A stretch of 64,000 nt of DNA from Octopus sinensis (GCF_006345805.1 NC_043001.1:14880001-14944000); one strand, 5' to 3'; shown: positions 49,536-63,512, counted from the first letter of the stretch. Notes: generated from the letters alone by a model not told the origin. Made by a program: numbers and translations.

Positions 49536-49585
49536 ATGTGTGCACACTTGCGTAGATATGTGTGGATGTGTTTGCGCATATATGT

Positions 49586-49765
49586 AGGCGCGAGTATGGC
49601 TGTGTGGTTAGGGAGCTTGCTTCCTAGCTACATGGTTCTGGGTTCAGTCCCACTGCGTGGCACTTTGGGCAAGTGTCTTCTGCTATAGCCCCAGGCCGAC
49701 CGAAGCTTTGTGATTGAATTTGGTAGGCGGAAGTTACTGCCGTGTGTGTATATGTGCGTGTAGGT
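49586..49765 (+). mobile_element. SINE S1 head
   Basis: A/B boxes and S1 body. Confidence 0.75.
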
Positions 49766-49897
49766 GCTTATGCCTCTCCGAAAGAGAGAGAGAGGGATTT
49801 GTATAGGTTCTTCTCTATGTTCCACACAGCATCAGGAATCAGAACTGGAAACAGTGCTAATCACATGTTCATCATGTCACGCTCTTAGATCAGACAC

Positions 49898-50120
49898 ATC
49901 ATCATCATCATCATCGTCGTTTAATGCCTGCTTTTCATGCTAGCATGGGTTGGACGATTTGACTGTGGGCTGGTGAACCAGATGGTTGTACCAGGCTCCA
50001 GTCTTGATCTGGCAGAGTTTCTACAGCTTGATGCCCTTCCTAACGCCGACCACTCCGAGAGTGTAGTGGGTGCTTTTTACGTGCCACCAGCACAGGGGCC
50101 ACTCAGGCGGTACTGGTGAT
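49898..50120 (-). mobile_element. RTE LINE 3' end fragment
   Basis: (CAT)n plus the conserved terminus. Confidence 0.8.
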
Positions 50121-50642
50121 GACCTTGCTTGAATTAGAACACCATTAGAACAACTCTGAAATATGTTAAAGCTGTTTCACCATTATTCAAGAAATTATCC
50201 GACATGGAACGGAACTTGAGAAATAGTGATTAGCCATCTTAATCAACAACAAATACCATTCTTGGCTGTAAATCAGACCAACCATTTCAAATTATATCAA
50301 TGGCAGTCTGGGAGAGTTTCCTTTGAGAAAACGTTTTTGGTTTTTGTATCTCATTTGCAAGAATCTTTGTGTTTCTTATGACTTTGGTGAAAGAATCACA
50401 CAGAAATGATTCTGTGGCCTACTATGAGACAGTGAAACATGCACAGTACCTGGAATCACTAAGATGGAGGTAGTAGCCAGCCACATCATTTCTCAGACCT
50501 TCTGGTTCCATAAGAACATGTTTCGCTCATTAACTTACTGTTGTGATCTTTGTCATTTTTCTGAAACAGGTCTATGAGCATTCTGGAGTAGAAATATTCC
50601 TTGATGTCTGGGTTGCAATATCTTACCAAGAGAGTCCAACAG

Positions 50643-50935
50643 TGAGGCACAATGGCCCAGTGGTTAGGGCAGCAGACTCGCGGTCGGAGGATCGCGGTTT
50701 CGATTCCCAGACCGAGCGTTGTGTGTGTTTATTGAGCGAAATCACCTAAAGCTCCATGAGGCTCTGGCAGGGTGTGGTGGCGACCCCTGTTGTACTCTTT
50801 CACCACAACTTTCTCTCGCTCTCTATAGTAACGCTGCGATGGACTGGCGTCCAGTCCAGCTGTGGGGAACACATATGCCACAGAAACCAAGAAACCGGGT
50901 CCATGAGTCTGGCTAGGCTTGAAAAGGGCATAAAT
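50643..50935 (+). mobile_element. SINE family S3
   Basis: gaggcacaatggcccagtggttagggcagcagactcgcggtcgg head. Confidence 0.8.
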
Positions 50936-51270
50936 AAAAATTTAAAAAAATTAAATTAAAATAAAAAATTCTGGTTACTTATTTGCAAGTAATAACATTC
51001 ATATTCATGTGTTCGCATCGGGAGCAAGTTCACAGTCGGTTGTTTCAATTTTCTTGTAACTTAATTAGTCTCTCCAATCTGTCATTCTGGAAGAGTTTCA
51101 AATAGGGCAATAGGCAGAATGAGGCGATTGGGTGCAGCTGGTTGGACGCAGACAACATGCCATGGTTGGGTGGACATCCAGCCTGTTTTGGTGACAGTAT
51201 TTTTTGGCACTGGAAGGAAACGTGCATGCGTGTGGACAAGTGTACAAATGTAGAAACATACGCAAACAGG

Positions 51271-51366
51271 CAGAGAGAGAGAGACAGAGAGAGAGAGAGG
51301 GAGAAAGAGAGAGACAGAGAGAGAGACAGAGAGAGAGAGAGGGAGAAAGAGAGAGAGAGAGAGATA

Positions 51367-51399
<33 letters not shown>

Positions 51400-51400
51400 G

Positions 51401-51431
<31 letters not shown>

Positions 51432-51447
51432 ACAGACTAAGAGAGAG
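51271..51447. repeat. (GA)n compound microsatellite
   Basis: Directly visible. Confidence 0.95.
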
Positions 51448-51769
51448 TGAAATACCTTCTAGTGTTCATCCCTTCTGGTACTTCATTCCTAAATTGTTGT
51501 AATAATACTTCTGAGTAATTTCCTCTTCATCCTCACATGCAAAACTAGAGACAAAAGTTTCTGCATTTCATTCGAGACTAAAAAACAACCTAAAACAATC
51601 TTCCACAACTGCCATTGCCTTTTAATCTTAGGAGAGACAACGCATAAATTAGGGACTCCCTTTCAGGCTTTTCCTGGCTCAGATTAGTGCAACAGCTTTC
51701 GGGTTTAAGGGCAAGTGATACTGTTCTAAGACAAAGAACGAAGTCCGTCATCTAACTGAAGATTCACAG

Positions 51770-51798
51770 ATGATGCCATCATCATCATCATCATCATT

Positions 51799-51834
<36 letters not shown>

Positions 51835-52150
51835 GTTTAACATCTGCTTTCCATGCTAGCATGGGTTGGACGATTTGACTGAGCATTGGCGAACCAGATG
51901 GCTGCACCAGGCTCCAATTTGATCTGGCAGAATTTCTACAGCTGGATGCCCTTTCTAACGCCAACCACTCCGAGAGTGTAGTAGGTGCTTTTACGTGCCA
52001 CCGGCACGAGGGCCAGTCAGGCGATACTGGCAACGCCCACGCTCAAATGGTGCTTTTTATGTGCCACCTGCACAGGAGCCAGTCCAGCGGCACTGGCAAC
52101 AACCTCGCTCAAATGTTTTGTTCACGTGCCACCAGCACAAGTGCCAGTAA
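51770..52150 (-). mobile_element. RTE LINE 3' end fragment with about three 65-bp modules
   Basis: Long (CAT)n plus the conserved terminus. Confidence 0.82.
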
Positions 52151-52242
52151 GTAACATCACAACTGAAAGAGGTTGTGATGCAGTTTGCCTGCAGTCTCTA
52201 CTTTGATGCTTCTTGTACTGATGATGTAATGTTGATCTGATT

Positions 52243-52475
52243 AAGGCGGCGAGCTGGCAGAAACGTTAGCGCGCCAGGCGAAATGCTTAGCGGTATTTCG
52301 TCTGCATTACGTTGTGAGTTCGAATTCGACCGAGGTCGACTTTGCCTTTCATCCTTTCGGGGTCGATAAATTAAGTACCAGTTACGCACTGGGGTCGATG
52401 TAATCGACTTAATACCTATGTCTGTCCTTGTTTGTCCCCTCTGTGTTTAGCACCTTGTGGATAATAAGGAAACAG
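52243..52475 (+). mobile_element. SINE family S2
   Basis: ggcggcgagctggcagaaacgttagc... full copy. Confidence 0.85.
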
Positions 52476-52733
52476 GTAATGTTGATCTGAGAATGAAGAT
52501 GTTCTGTGACTAGGTCAGTGTCTTAGTGAGAATATTCACATCATAGTTTTACATTGGGCCAGCATCTTAAAACGAATATCGTTCAAACAAGCATTTGGAT
52601 TCTTACTGATGAACCAATAAATAATGTCTGTGGAATCACGAGTTGTTTGAAAAGACAAAAATTTAGTTTAAATTACACTACCCTTTCCAAACAATTACTC
52701 TTAGCTTGATGTAAAATGTCCCTGCACACACAC

Positions 52734-52770
<37 letters not shown>

Positions 52771-53828
52771 ATGTATGTGTTCACTATTTATGTATGTGTT
52801 AACGATCTAGTCGTTAGTGGAACAGCATATGTGTTGTAAATGTTTCTCGGTCAGTTGACATTTGTGTGTTCTTCACAAAATTTTAAATTCTTTCTACAAT
52901 TTAAATGGCTGTGTGGTAAGTAGATTGCTTACCAACCACATGGTTCTGGGTTCAGTCCCACTGCGTCAACATATTCAACCAATGCTTTGTGAATGAATTT
53001 GGTTCACAGAAACTGTGTAGAAGCTCATTATATATATATAACCATGTGGTTGGTAAGCAAGCTACTTACCACACACCCACATCCTACCCATCCTTATAAC
53101 ATATATATATATATATATAATAATGAATTGTTTTTATATATAATGAACGTGAAACACAGGAAGGGACGAACACGGAACCCAGACAAATCATTCGAATCCT
53201 TCAATCTTCATTCAGACCACACCAACCGAACCATCATAAGCAAATTTCGGCTGTTCAATTCTGATATTTGCTCCAACTCGGCGGCCAGCCCCAAGAAAAA
53301 AAATAGCTAAAGCTTGTAACATTAGATTTCTTGGTAGACGACAGGAATGTGAACGCACCAAGACTGATGTAAACACAAGAGACGAAAACGAAATTGAAAA
53401 CTGAAGGAGTACAAACAACAAACAAATATATAATCGGTGGTTGTCATAAAGAAATCATATATACTATGACGACTAGACCAAATGAGACAGAAACACAACA
53501 CAACATAAGCTGCGTAGAAATAATATACCGTTTTCGTTAGCGGGGACACATGTTGGTCAGATACGAAGGCCAACAGAATGGTTTAAGGTAAGAAGCAGGT
53601 CGCAGGAGAGAGAGAGATAAGAATAGAGAGACATTAGAGAGAGGAATCAAAGAGGGTGGAAGGCAGGGGACAGAATCAGTGACCAGGAGAAAGGAGAAAG
53701 AAGGATTAGGAGGAGGGGAGGAGAGGATATGGGAGGAATAGAGGGGAAGAATCGGAGGGCGCCAAAAAGTTTGGTGAAGAAGCAATGGCGGGCAGGAAAA
53801 ACAGTGTTGTATAGATAATATATATATT

Positions 53829-53921
<93 letters not shown>

Positions 53922-53924
<3 letters not shown>

Positions 53925-54311
53925 CGCAGGAGTGGGTGTGTGGTAAGTAGCTTGCTTACCAACCACATGGTTCTGGGTTCAGTCCCACTGCATGGCACCT
54001 TGGGCAAGGTCTTCTACTATAGCCTCGGGCCAACCAAAGCCTTGTGAGTAGATTTGGTAGACAGAAACTGAAAGAAGCCTGTCGTATATATGTATAGATA
54101 TATATATGTGTGTGTGTGTGTGTGAGTGTGTGTGTGTGTATGTGTGTGTGTGTGTGTGTATGTGTGTAAGTAGCTTGCTTACCAACCACATGGTTCCGGG
54201 TTCAGTCCCACTGCATGGCACCTTGAGCAAGTGTCTTCTACTATAGCCTCAGGCCAACCAAAGCCTTGTGAGTGGATTTGGTCGATGGAAACTGAAAGAA
54301 GCCTGTCGTTG

Positions 54312-54354
<43 letters not shown>

Positions 54355-54590
54355 ATATGTTTGTGTGTCTGTATTTGTCCTCCCAACATCACTTGACAAC
54401 CGATGCTGGTGTGTTTACATCCCCGTAACTTAGCGGTTCGGCAAAAGAGACCGATAGAATAAGTACTACGCTTACAAAGAATAAGTCCTGGGGTCGATTT
54501 GCTTGACTAAAGGCGGTGCTCCAGCATGGCTGCAGTTAAATGACTGAAACAAGAAAAAGAGTAAAAGAGAGTAAAGAGTTTAATTCATTT
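53922..54590 (+). mobile_element. S1 SINE head followed by a second near-complete S1 SINE
   Basis: Heads at 53922 and about 54168; one tail ending gtaaaagag. Confidence 0.8.
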
Positions 54591-54679
54591 AATCTTTATT
54601 TCCATAAATGTTGGCTGCTCAGAGTTTTTCCATGATTTGAAAAAGTATCCTTTATAATTCCTGTACATGAGGCGCAAAC

Positions 54680-55045
54680 AATGGCTATGCAGTTAAGATT
54701 TTCGTTTGCAAAACCACAAGATTTCAGGTTCAGTCCCACTGTATGGCACCTTGGACAAATGTCTTATACTATAACTCTGTGCTGGCCAATGCTTTGTGGA
54801 TGAATTTGGTTGGCGGAAACTGTGTGGAAGCCTATCAAATATGTGTGTGTGTGTGTGCATGTTCTCCCACTGCTTAACAACCGGGATTGGTTTATTTATG
54901 TCCCTGTAACTCAGCGGGTGGGGCAGAAGAGACCAATAGAATAAATATCAGACCTTAATCAAAAGAAATACAGGGATCGATTTGTTTGGCTAAAACCCTT
55001 CAAGGCCCTTCCATGGTCACGGTCCAATGACTGAAGAAAACTAAA
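54680..55045 (+). mobile_element. Diverged S1-like SINE
   Basis: ggttcagtcccactg B box, central (TG)n, tail. Confidence 0.65.
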
Positions 55046-55354
55046 GCATAAAATGTCACATAAATTTTGTTTGATTCTTGTTTTATATTTGGTTAGGTAT
55101 TGCTGTTGATGTTGCTGTTGTGGTTAAGGATTTTTAATTACTTCTAAAGTCCAAGACTTTAATTACTTCTAATGCCCAAGACTTTCATTTGATTTCATGG
55201 ACACCGTACGTCATAAAATAATTGCAAATAATTGCAAATACAATCGTGTATCTTTGCATTTTATATCTGAAAGTAGATAACAGTAAATTTATTCAGCTCA
55301 CAACATTAACTCCAACTACAAGAGCTGTTTGAATATCGCCACTTTCGTCTAAAG

Positions 55355-56258
55355 CAGGGGTCACCAAACATTTTTCAGGGCAGGCCAGATAACAGAGAAT
55401 TACGAGTGCGGGCCACATAACCATTTTGTTCAATACAACACAGTGAATACACAATGAAGACAACCGACATATTTATTTACCAAAAAAGTTATCAAAGAAG
55501 GCGACGTTTAGCAATGAAATAGTTATATCACACACAGAGAGCACATAATCCGAATCTCACAAACTAAGCAGCAAAAAAGATTAGTGAGATTTGTGAAACT
55601 GGTGTTTAGCTTTTAAGACAGCATCAATATTTGCTTTGGAATTGCTGCATCCATCCAAGAGATTTGCTTCCAAATGTTCATCAGTCAATCTCATTCGATG
55701 TGCTTAGCACTCCGGTGAAATGCTTAGCGGTATTTCGTCTGCCGTTACGTTCTGGGTTCAAATTCCGCTGAGGTCGACTTTGCCTTTCATCCTTTCGGGG
55801 TCGATTAATTAAGTACCAGTTACGCACTGGGATCGATATAATTGACTTAATCCGTTTGTCTGTCCTTGTTTTTCTCTCCATGTGTAGTCCCTTGTGGATA
55901 GTAAAGAAATAGGTATTTCGTCTGCCATTACGTTCTGAGTTCAAATTCCACCAAGGTCGACTTTGCCTTTCATCCTTTCGGGGTCGATAAATTAAGTACT
56001 AGTTATGCACTGGGGTCGATGTAATTGAATTTTGTCCATTTGTCTGTTCTTGTTTGTCCCCTCTGTCTTTAGCCCCTTTATAAGCAGTAAAGAAATATAT
56101 TTCGTTTTTGAAAATGTTTGCTTACAGACATAAGTTGTTCCAAACACTGATACCATACCAGAAGCAAATGCACCCTCATTGCAGGTACCTACACAAAAGA
56201 TACAGTGCAGCAGCGGGCCGGATGAACTGACCTCGCAGGCTGTAGTTTGGTGACCCTG
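55355..56258. mobile_element. hAT (Charlie-like) MITE containing two tandem S2 SINEs
   Basis: TIRs caggggtcaccaaac / gtttggtgaccctg; 8-bp flanks gtctaaag / ctctagag (6/8, NTCTARAN). Confidence 0.75.
55695..56100 (+). mobile_element. Two tandem S2 SINEs nested in the hAT MITE
   Basis: S2 core at about 55770 and 55955. Confidence 0.8.
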
Positions 56259-57107
56259 CTCTAGAGCATGAACTCATGACTCCACTAGATACACATGCCC
56301 TCTTTTTTGCTTGATAATTGTCATCTGAAGCTGAAGCTATGATTTAGGTCCCTATTTTTAATTTAATTGCTGCAGGGGTGAACTTTTGCATCAATTTGAA
56401 ATGTTTATTCTCTAGAGCACTCCTATTTTGTGCCCAGTAATTATGAAAGACATAACAGAAATAATCAGCAGTTGACTATCTGAGGTGTTTATTACCTTAA
56501 TATAACAAACCAATGGGGTAACATGTTGGTGGTCACTCAACCTGCTAGAAATGGTAACCAAATTTCTTGGATCACACCATACTTTTTAAAAAAATAAAGG
56601 AAACATTGGATTATGTAGCTCTGTATTTATAAAAAGAAAAAATGTGATGGCCATAGTTGGAACCTCCTTGGAACCTACACGATCTGGATTGAATAGGTGT
56701 GCTAATTTTCGACGATTCAGGCACCGAAAATTTTACGAGGAAAAACGATAGCATTGAAACCTTGGAAGAGTTCGAAGGATTCTTTGTATTCGAAGCACAT
56801 TTATTGTATGCAGGAAATTATTATATCTGGCAGTTGTTGCTTTTGAATTTGCCAATATTTTTTCCTGCATGCAAACACTGTAGTATTTTTGCCAAAAAGT
56901 GATGCCATCCATTTAAAGGATTGGCTGACGGAGAGTAAAATAATATATCTTCATAGAATGAATTAAAAGAGAAAAAGATGCTATTTTTACTTTACGAGGC
57001 AAAAGAAAAGTCTACAGGAAAAGGAATGTCTGTGGTTTTTATTTTTCTCAGGAATGTGATGCAAGTGATTCCAAAGACTAAGTATTCGGTAACAGGGCGG
57101 TGTTAAT

Positions 57108-58297
57108 ATTAGTTTCTAATTTTGGTGCAAGGCCAGCCGTTATTAAGGGAAGAAGTAAATCAACTGCATCGACCCCACTGTGCAACTAGTCCTCGTATTT
57201 AATTTATTGACCCCCGAAAGGATGAAAGACAAAGTCGACCTCAGCTGAATATGAACTCAGAACTGTAGAAACACTGCCAGATCAGACTGGAGCCTGGTGC
57301 AGCCTCTTGGCTTCCCAGACCCCAGTTGAAGCGTCCGACCCATGCTAGCATGGAAAATGGATGTTAAACGATGTGATGATGATGATGATGATGAACATAG
57401 CGAGTCAAAAGAAATGCCGCCAAACATTTTGGTTGACGCACAAATGATTCTTCCAGCTCCCCACCTTACAGTGTTAATATTTTACTAATTTTGCAACGCT
57501 AGAAATTTTGAGGGGAGGGGCAAACCGATTATATCGATCCCCGTACTTAATTCCTACTTATTTCATCAATCCCTGAAGGAGGAAAGACAAAGTTGACCTC
57601 GGCAGCATTTCAACTCAAAGCATCAAGCCAAAAGATGTGTCGCTTAGCATTTCCTCTGACGTGCTAATACAGGTTTCCTATTTCGGTAAAAGGCCAGCAA
57701 TTTGGGGGTGGGGGAGGATAAAAAATGTCAATTACTGGTACGTATTTTACTGACCCCAAAAAGATGAAAGGCAAAGTCGACCATGGAAGCATTTGAACCC
57801 AGAGCATAATGACAGACAAAATGCCGCTAAGTATTTCACCTGGTGTGCTAACGATTCTGCCAGCTGACAGCCTCTTTGGTGCTAATATTAATATATTAAT
57901 TATTTCTACTCTAGGCACAAGGCCTGAAATTTGGTGGGGAGGGCACTAGTCGATTATGTTGACCCCAGGGTTTCACTGGAACTTAATTTATCAACACCGA
58001 AAGGATGAAAGACAAAGTCGACCTTGGTGAAATTTGAACTTGGAACATTGCAGCAGATGCAATAACTATTTCTTTACTACCCACAAGGGGCTAAACACAG
58101 AGAGGACAAACAAGGACAGACAAATGAATTAAGTCGATTATATCGACCCCAGTGCGTAACTGGTACTTAATTTATCAACCCCGAAAGGATGAAAGGCAAA
58201 GTCAACCTCGGCAGAATTTGAACTCAGAACGTAACGGCAGATGAAATACCACTAAGCATTTTGCCTGGTGTGCTAACTATTCTGACAGCTCGCCGCA
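57108..58297 (-). mobile_element. Head-to-tail array of about five S2-type SINEs
   Basis: gatgaaag(g/a)caaagt(c/t)(g/a)acc core recurs at about 57220, 57580, 57765, 58005 and 58190. Confidence 0.8.
57264..57393 (+). mobile_element. RTE LINE 3' stub inserted in an S2 SINE
   Basis: SINE sequence gaactcagaac|atagcg is split; gaac occurs at both junctions. Confidence 0.8.
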
Positions 58298-58547
58298 TTT
58301 ACATTAATCTATAGATATAAATTTGACATGGGAGATTCTTTCTTGTCTTGGGATTCACGGTCAAACGGCTGGGTGGAATTGCATGAAAATCTATACATAT
58401 ATGTAGAATGATCCGGTGGTGATGCTGGGCTTTGTATTTTTTTCATAGCTTCCATAGTTACCGAGATTATCTAATATAATCATAATCTTGTCTATTAATA
58501 ACAATCAATTAATGACAAGGCATGTGTAGTGTGTGTGTGTGGTGTGT

Positions 58548-58895
58548 AGGTGGAATGGCCCAGTGGTTAGGGCAGCAGACTCGTGGTCATAGGATCGCGG
58601 TTTCGACTTCCAGACCAGATATTGTGAGAATTTATTGAGTGAAAACACCTAAAGCTTCACGAGGCTCCGGCAAGGATGGTGGCGAACCCTGCTGTATTTG
58701 TTCACCACAATTCTCTCTCACTCTTCCTGTTTCACAAAGAACCAGCCTTGTCACACTCTGTGTCATGCTGAATCACCCTGAGAACTACGTTAAGAGTACA
58801 CATGTCTGTGGAGTGCTCAGCCACTTATACGTTAATTTCACAAGCAGGCTCTTCCGTGATCTGATCAACTGGAATCATCATCGTCATAACTGACA
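58548..58895 (+). mobile_element. SINE family S3
   Basis: tggcccagtggttagggcagcagactcgtggtc head; body matches 4745-5020. Confidence 0.78.
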
Positions 58896-58949
58896 GTGTG
58901 CCATGACTATATATATATATATATAGATGGATAGATAGATAAACTTGGA

Positions 58950-58982
<33 letters not shown>

Positions 58983-59051
58983 ATATATATTGTATATATA
59001 TATATATAATATATAATATATATATTATAGATGGATAGATAGATAAACTTG

Positions 59052-59094
<43 letters not shown>

Positions 59095-59125
59095 AAAAAG
59101 GAGGATATGTCGAACACGAGTGGTG

Positions 59126-60317
59126 ATATATAAAAAAGGAAATGAAGAAAATGCTGACAAGGACAACGTTTCACAGTAAAACACAACTTCACATGCGCAT
59201 CAGAAAACCTAGTATATGTCCTTATCTTTGCTCGGGCTGTAATGAACACTACATAGGCCAACAAAAATAGCCTCCGCCAACGCATGACTGTCCACAGATC
59301 CCAAATAAATACAGGAATATAGAAAAATAGCATTTAGTGCACATATGGATACCTGTGCCGCACACCTCCATCCCATTTTAGAATCTTTCCCTCTAAACAA
59401 ATTTAAAGACATGCCACTCATACCCAGCGAATAACCATGGAATCCCACCTTATTATAAATACAGACCACTTCTAAAAACACACGCCCCTAACACGAACCC
59501 ACAACAACACACTTACACCTGCACACACCCTACACACACCTTTACCCCTATATTAACACCATGACACAACCAAATTATGGTTCCACACATACACATAATT
59601 GAATACGGGTGCAAAACATCCAACACTATTTTTGGAATGGCTGTAAATATTGACTTCACACAAATACGTTGCTTCCCGATACAGGCCACAAGGCCAGCAG
59701 AACTATAATATTGAAAATTGTACCCACACACACACACATATATAAACGCGCGCGCGCCCCCAACATACTTAAACACACACGCGCGCGCGCACCGCGCACA
59801 CACATACATACATCAGGCTCTCCCTGTTTCTAACGAACTTACTTATCCAGTCAAGCGGAAAATACACTTCCCTTACTACGCGCTAAAAAGCTATTTAAAA
59901 TATCCACATGACGTCTACTGACCAGCTGAACAATAAGAATTTCCAACAACACTATTTTCGAAAATTCTAAACATTCACGGGACCTCTTTATTATGGCCAA
60001 TAAGAAATTTTAGGCGGGACACTAGCCAAAATTTTACTTCTCTGGAGCCTTTTTTCTTACCCCCAACACCAACTTCCATTCAAACATTCACGTGCCCCTT
60101 CATAATAACCATCAAAATTTTAGGCGCGAAACCAAGCAAATCCAAACAACTCTGGAGCCTCTTTTTTTCACATATAAGAGACAGACTCTAATCTCTCTTT
60201 TATATTTTGATAAGCATAACAAATGCGCAACCGGTAAAAGAACTTTCACCTATTAAATTACTTAAATTACTTCAATTATTTGTCAGCATTTTCTTTCTTC
60301 ATTTCCTTTTTATATAT
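59126..60317. mobile_element. Possible Penelope-like element with inverted ends and a degenerate hammerhead
   Basis: 59126-59160 is the inverse of 60280-60317 (4-nt indel); minus-strand CUGAUGC...GAAAC-guu-GUC at about 59161-59203. Confidence 0.45.
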
Positions 60318-60454
60318 AATATATATATATATTATATATATATTATATATATATAATATTATACATACACACACACACATATATGTACCCCCCCGCACAC
60401 ACATACATACATTCATATGTATGTATGCATGTATGTATATATATATATGGCTTA

Positions 60455-60650
60455 TGTGCTGGTGGCACGTAAAAAGCACCCACTACACTCACGGAGAGGT
60501 TGGCGTTAGGAAGGGCATCCAGCTGTAGAAACACTGCCAGATCAGACTGGAGCCTGGTGCAGCCTCCTGGCTTTCCAGACCCCGGTCGAACCGTTCAACC
60601 CACGCTAGCATGGAAAACGGACGTTAAACGATGATGATGATGATGATGAT
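60455..60650 (+). mobile_element. RTE LINE 3' end fragment
   Basis: Conserved terminus plus (GAT)n. Confidence 0.85.
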
Positions 60651-61313
60651 ATATATGTACATATATATATATATATGTGTGTGTGTGTGTTTAAAAAAGC
60701 TATACTATAATAATGGATGAGAGGTGGTTGCTGATTGTTGTAGGAATGATAAAACTCTAAAATGGCTGTTTAACAAGATACGTCAGAAATAGAAAGAAAT
60801 AAGACAAGAAGAGAAACATGGAAAACATATCGAATGATGTATTGATGCGCTGAACAGACTCATCACTAAATAAGTTAGGCTGGAGTCTGTGCGCACAAGA
60901 TCTGTGTGTGTGTGTGTGTGTGTGGTCAGTGCCTTTATGCGAAAGCGATTGGAGGAGAGGACGAGGGTGATGGTGGGTTATGTGGGTGTGAATAAGCACA
61001 CACACACACATACACACACATGCACGCATACACACACATGTATGTATCACACATATGTATAAACACACACATGTATGTATATATGTGTATACACACATGA
61101 ATGCATAAGAGTTTCTATGAGTGTCAGTCTAATATATTGACTGTGTATGTTCAATTGACTTTTGTTTTTTTTTTGCCAGTTTTTTTATTTTTATTTGCCT
61201 TATACACACACACACACACATATATATATAATATATATATATATTATTAATATATATATATATATATATATAGTATTATATATATATATATATATATCTA
61301 TATATATATATAT

Positions 61314-61367
<54 letters not shown>

Positions 61368-61369
<2 letters not shown>

Positions 61370-61853
61370 TTCCGTATAATGAAGGGTGAAATTAATTAAT
61401 TTGGGATAATTATCAATTACCCAAGTAGTCTTCGGCATGTAAAAGCCTCATTCGAGGAAAATTTAAGTAATACTAAGCAATAAAGGGTTTAGCAACGAAT
61501 TGCCTTACCACATACTGAAGTTAGAAATAGCATTCAAAGAGTTATAGCTATTTCTTCTACTAAAAAGGGGGATCTCAGTAAAAACAGAGAAAAGAAGTTT
61601 TGGTAGATAGAATTATTTTATATTTAATTCTTATGCTTTCCTAAAAACTTGATTTCGAAACGTACGTCCGTATACTTAAAATTGTATGATAGATTGCCGT
61701 CAATTCATTCTCTCTTACCTGTTTGTGTCTGCCTTCCAATTGCTTTTTTTACTGAGATCTCCCTTTTTAGTAAGAAAATACTATAACTCTTTGACTGCTA
61801 TTTCTAAATTCGGTATGTGTAAGGCAATTCGTTGCTAACCTTTATTGCTTAGT
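61368..61853. mobile_element. Head-to-head Penelope-like element (48238 family), hammerhead 5' part lost
   Basis: Matches 47845-48040 inverted and 48250-48520 direct; (TA)n flanks. Confidence 0.75.
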
Positions 61854-61980
61854 ATATATATATATTATAATATAATTATATATATATATATTATATTATA
61901 TTATAATATATCTATATCTATATATATATATATGTAGATATATATATTATATATATATATATACTAATATATATATATAA

Positions 61981-62028
<48 letters not shown>

Positions 62029-62029
62029 A

Positions 62030-62073
<44 letters not shown>

Positions 62074-62204
62074 ATATATTATATAATATATTATATATTA
62101 TATATAGTATATATATTACACACACACCATATCCATACGTCACATAATACCATATGTGCATAAATATACACCCACATATGTCTGTGTGTGTGTTTGTATA
62201 TATA

Positions 62205-62246
<42 letters not shown>

Positions 62247-62556
62247 TATATTATATATCACAGGTGTACTTGTGAATAAGCATAAATAGAATTTACTCAC
62301 ATATATATAATTCTATATACATATAAACACACATATATATATATATGTATATACATACATACATAGAAGCAAACCAACAAACGTATATATATACATGTAT
62401 GTGTACATTTGCATTCAAAGAAAGGAAGGAAAAAAAAAGGCCAGTGACGTTGGTGTTAAACAGAACTAAATACTGTGTAATCTCCTTGTTTGAGAGTGCA
62501 TGTTTAATTGTGCACCCTCTCTCTTCCCTTTCCTTATTTCTCATCTCTCTCTCTCT

Positions 62557-62559
<3 letters not shown>

Positions 62560-62595
<36 letters not shown>

Positions 62596-62715
62596 CTATC
62601 CATCTCATACACCCATGCACTGTCTCTTTCTGTTTCTTCTCCCCCTTCTATTCTCTCTTTTTCTCCCTCAATTCCAATCTGTCTGTCTGTCTATCTATCT
62701 CTATATATCTGTCTG

Positions 62716-62758
<43 letters not shown>

Positions 62759-62775
62759 GTCTGTCTATCTCTCTT

Positions 62776-62830
<55 letters not shown>

Positions 62831-62847
62831 GTCTGTCTATCTCTCTT

Positions 62848-62891
<44 letters not shown>

Positions 62892-62992
62892 CTATCTATC
62901 TGTCTGTCTATCTCTCTTTTTCCATCTATCTATCTATCTATCTATCTGTCTATCTATCTATCTATCTATCTATCTGTCTGTCTATCTCTCTT

Positions 62993-63035
<43 letters not shown>

Positions 63036-63044
63036 GTCTATCTG

Positions 63045-63091
<47 letters not shown>

Positions 63092-63104
63092 GTCTGTCTA
63101 TCTC

Positions 63105-63179
<75 letters not shown>

Positions 63180-63196
63180 GTCTGTCTATCTCTCTT

Positions 63197-63259
<63 letters not shown>

Positions 63260-63315
63260 CTATCTATCTATCTCTATCTATCTCTCTTTATCTATCTATC
63301 TCTATCTATCTCTCT

Positions 63316-63351
<36 letters not shown>

Positions 63352-63382
63352 TTATCTTTATGTATCTATCTTTATCTATCTA

Positions 63383-63430
<48 letters not shown>

Positions 63431-63512
63431 TCTCTCTTTATCTTTCTATCTACCTATCTATTTATCTCTCTCTCTCTCTCTGTCTGTCTGTCTCGCTCTC
63501 TGTCTCTGTCTT

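Noticed and set aside
50120-50640. Protein-like open stretches on both strands
   Set aside because: No recognisable motif; the plus-strand donor overlaps a SINE start and the minus-strand frames are interrupted
56699-56902. 67-aa plus-strand ORF (LIFDDSGTENF...)
   Set aside because: Weak splice sites, a similar-length open frame on the other strand, no recognisable family
58921-59065. Direct duplication of gatggatagatagataaacttggaat around (TA)n
   Set aside because: Short, embedded in low-complexity DNA, and plausibly slippage or an assembly artefact
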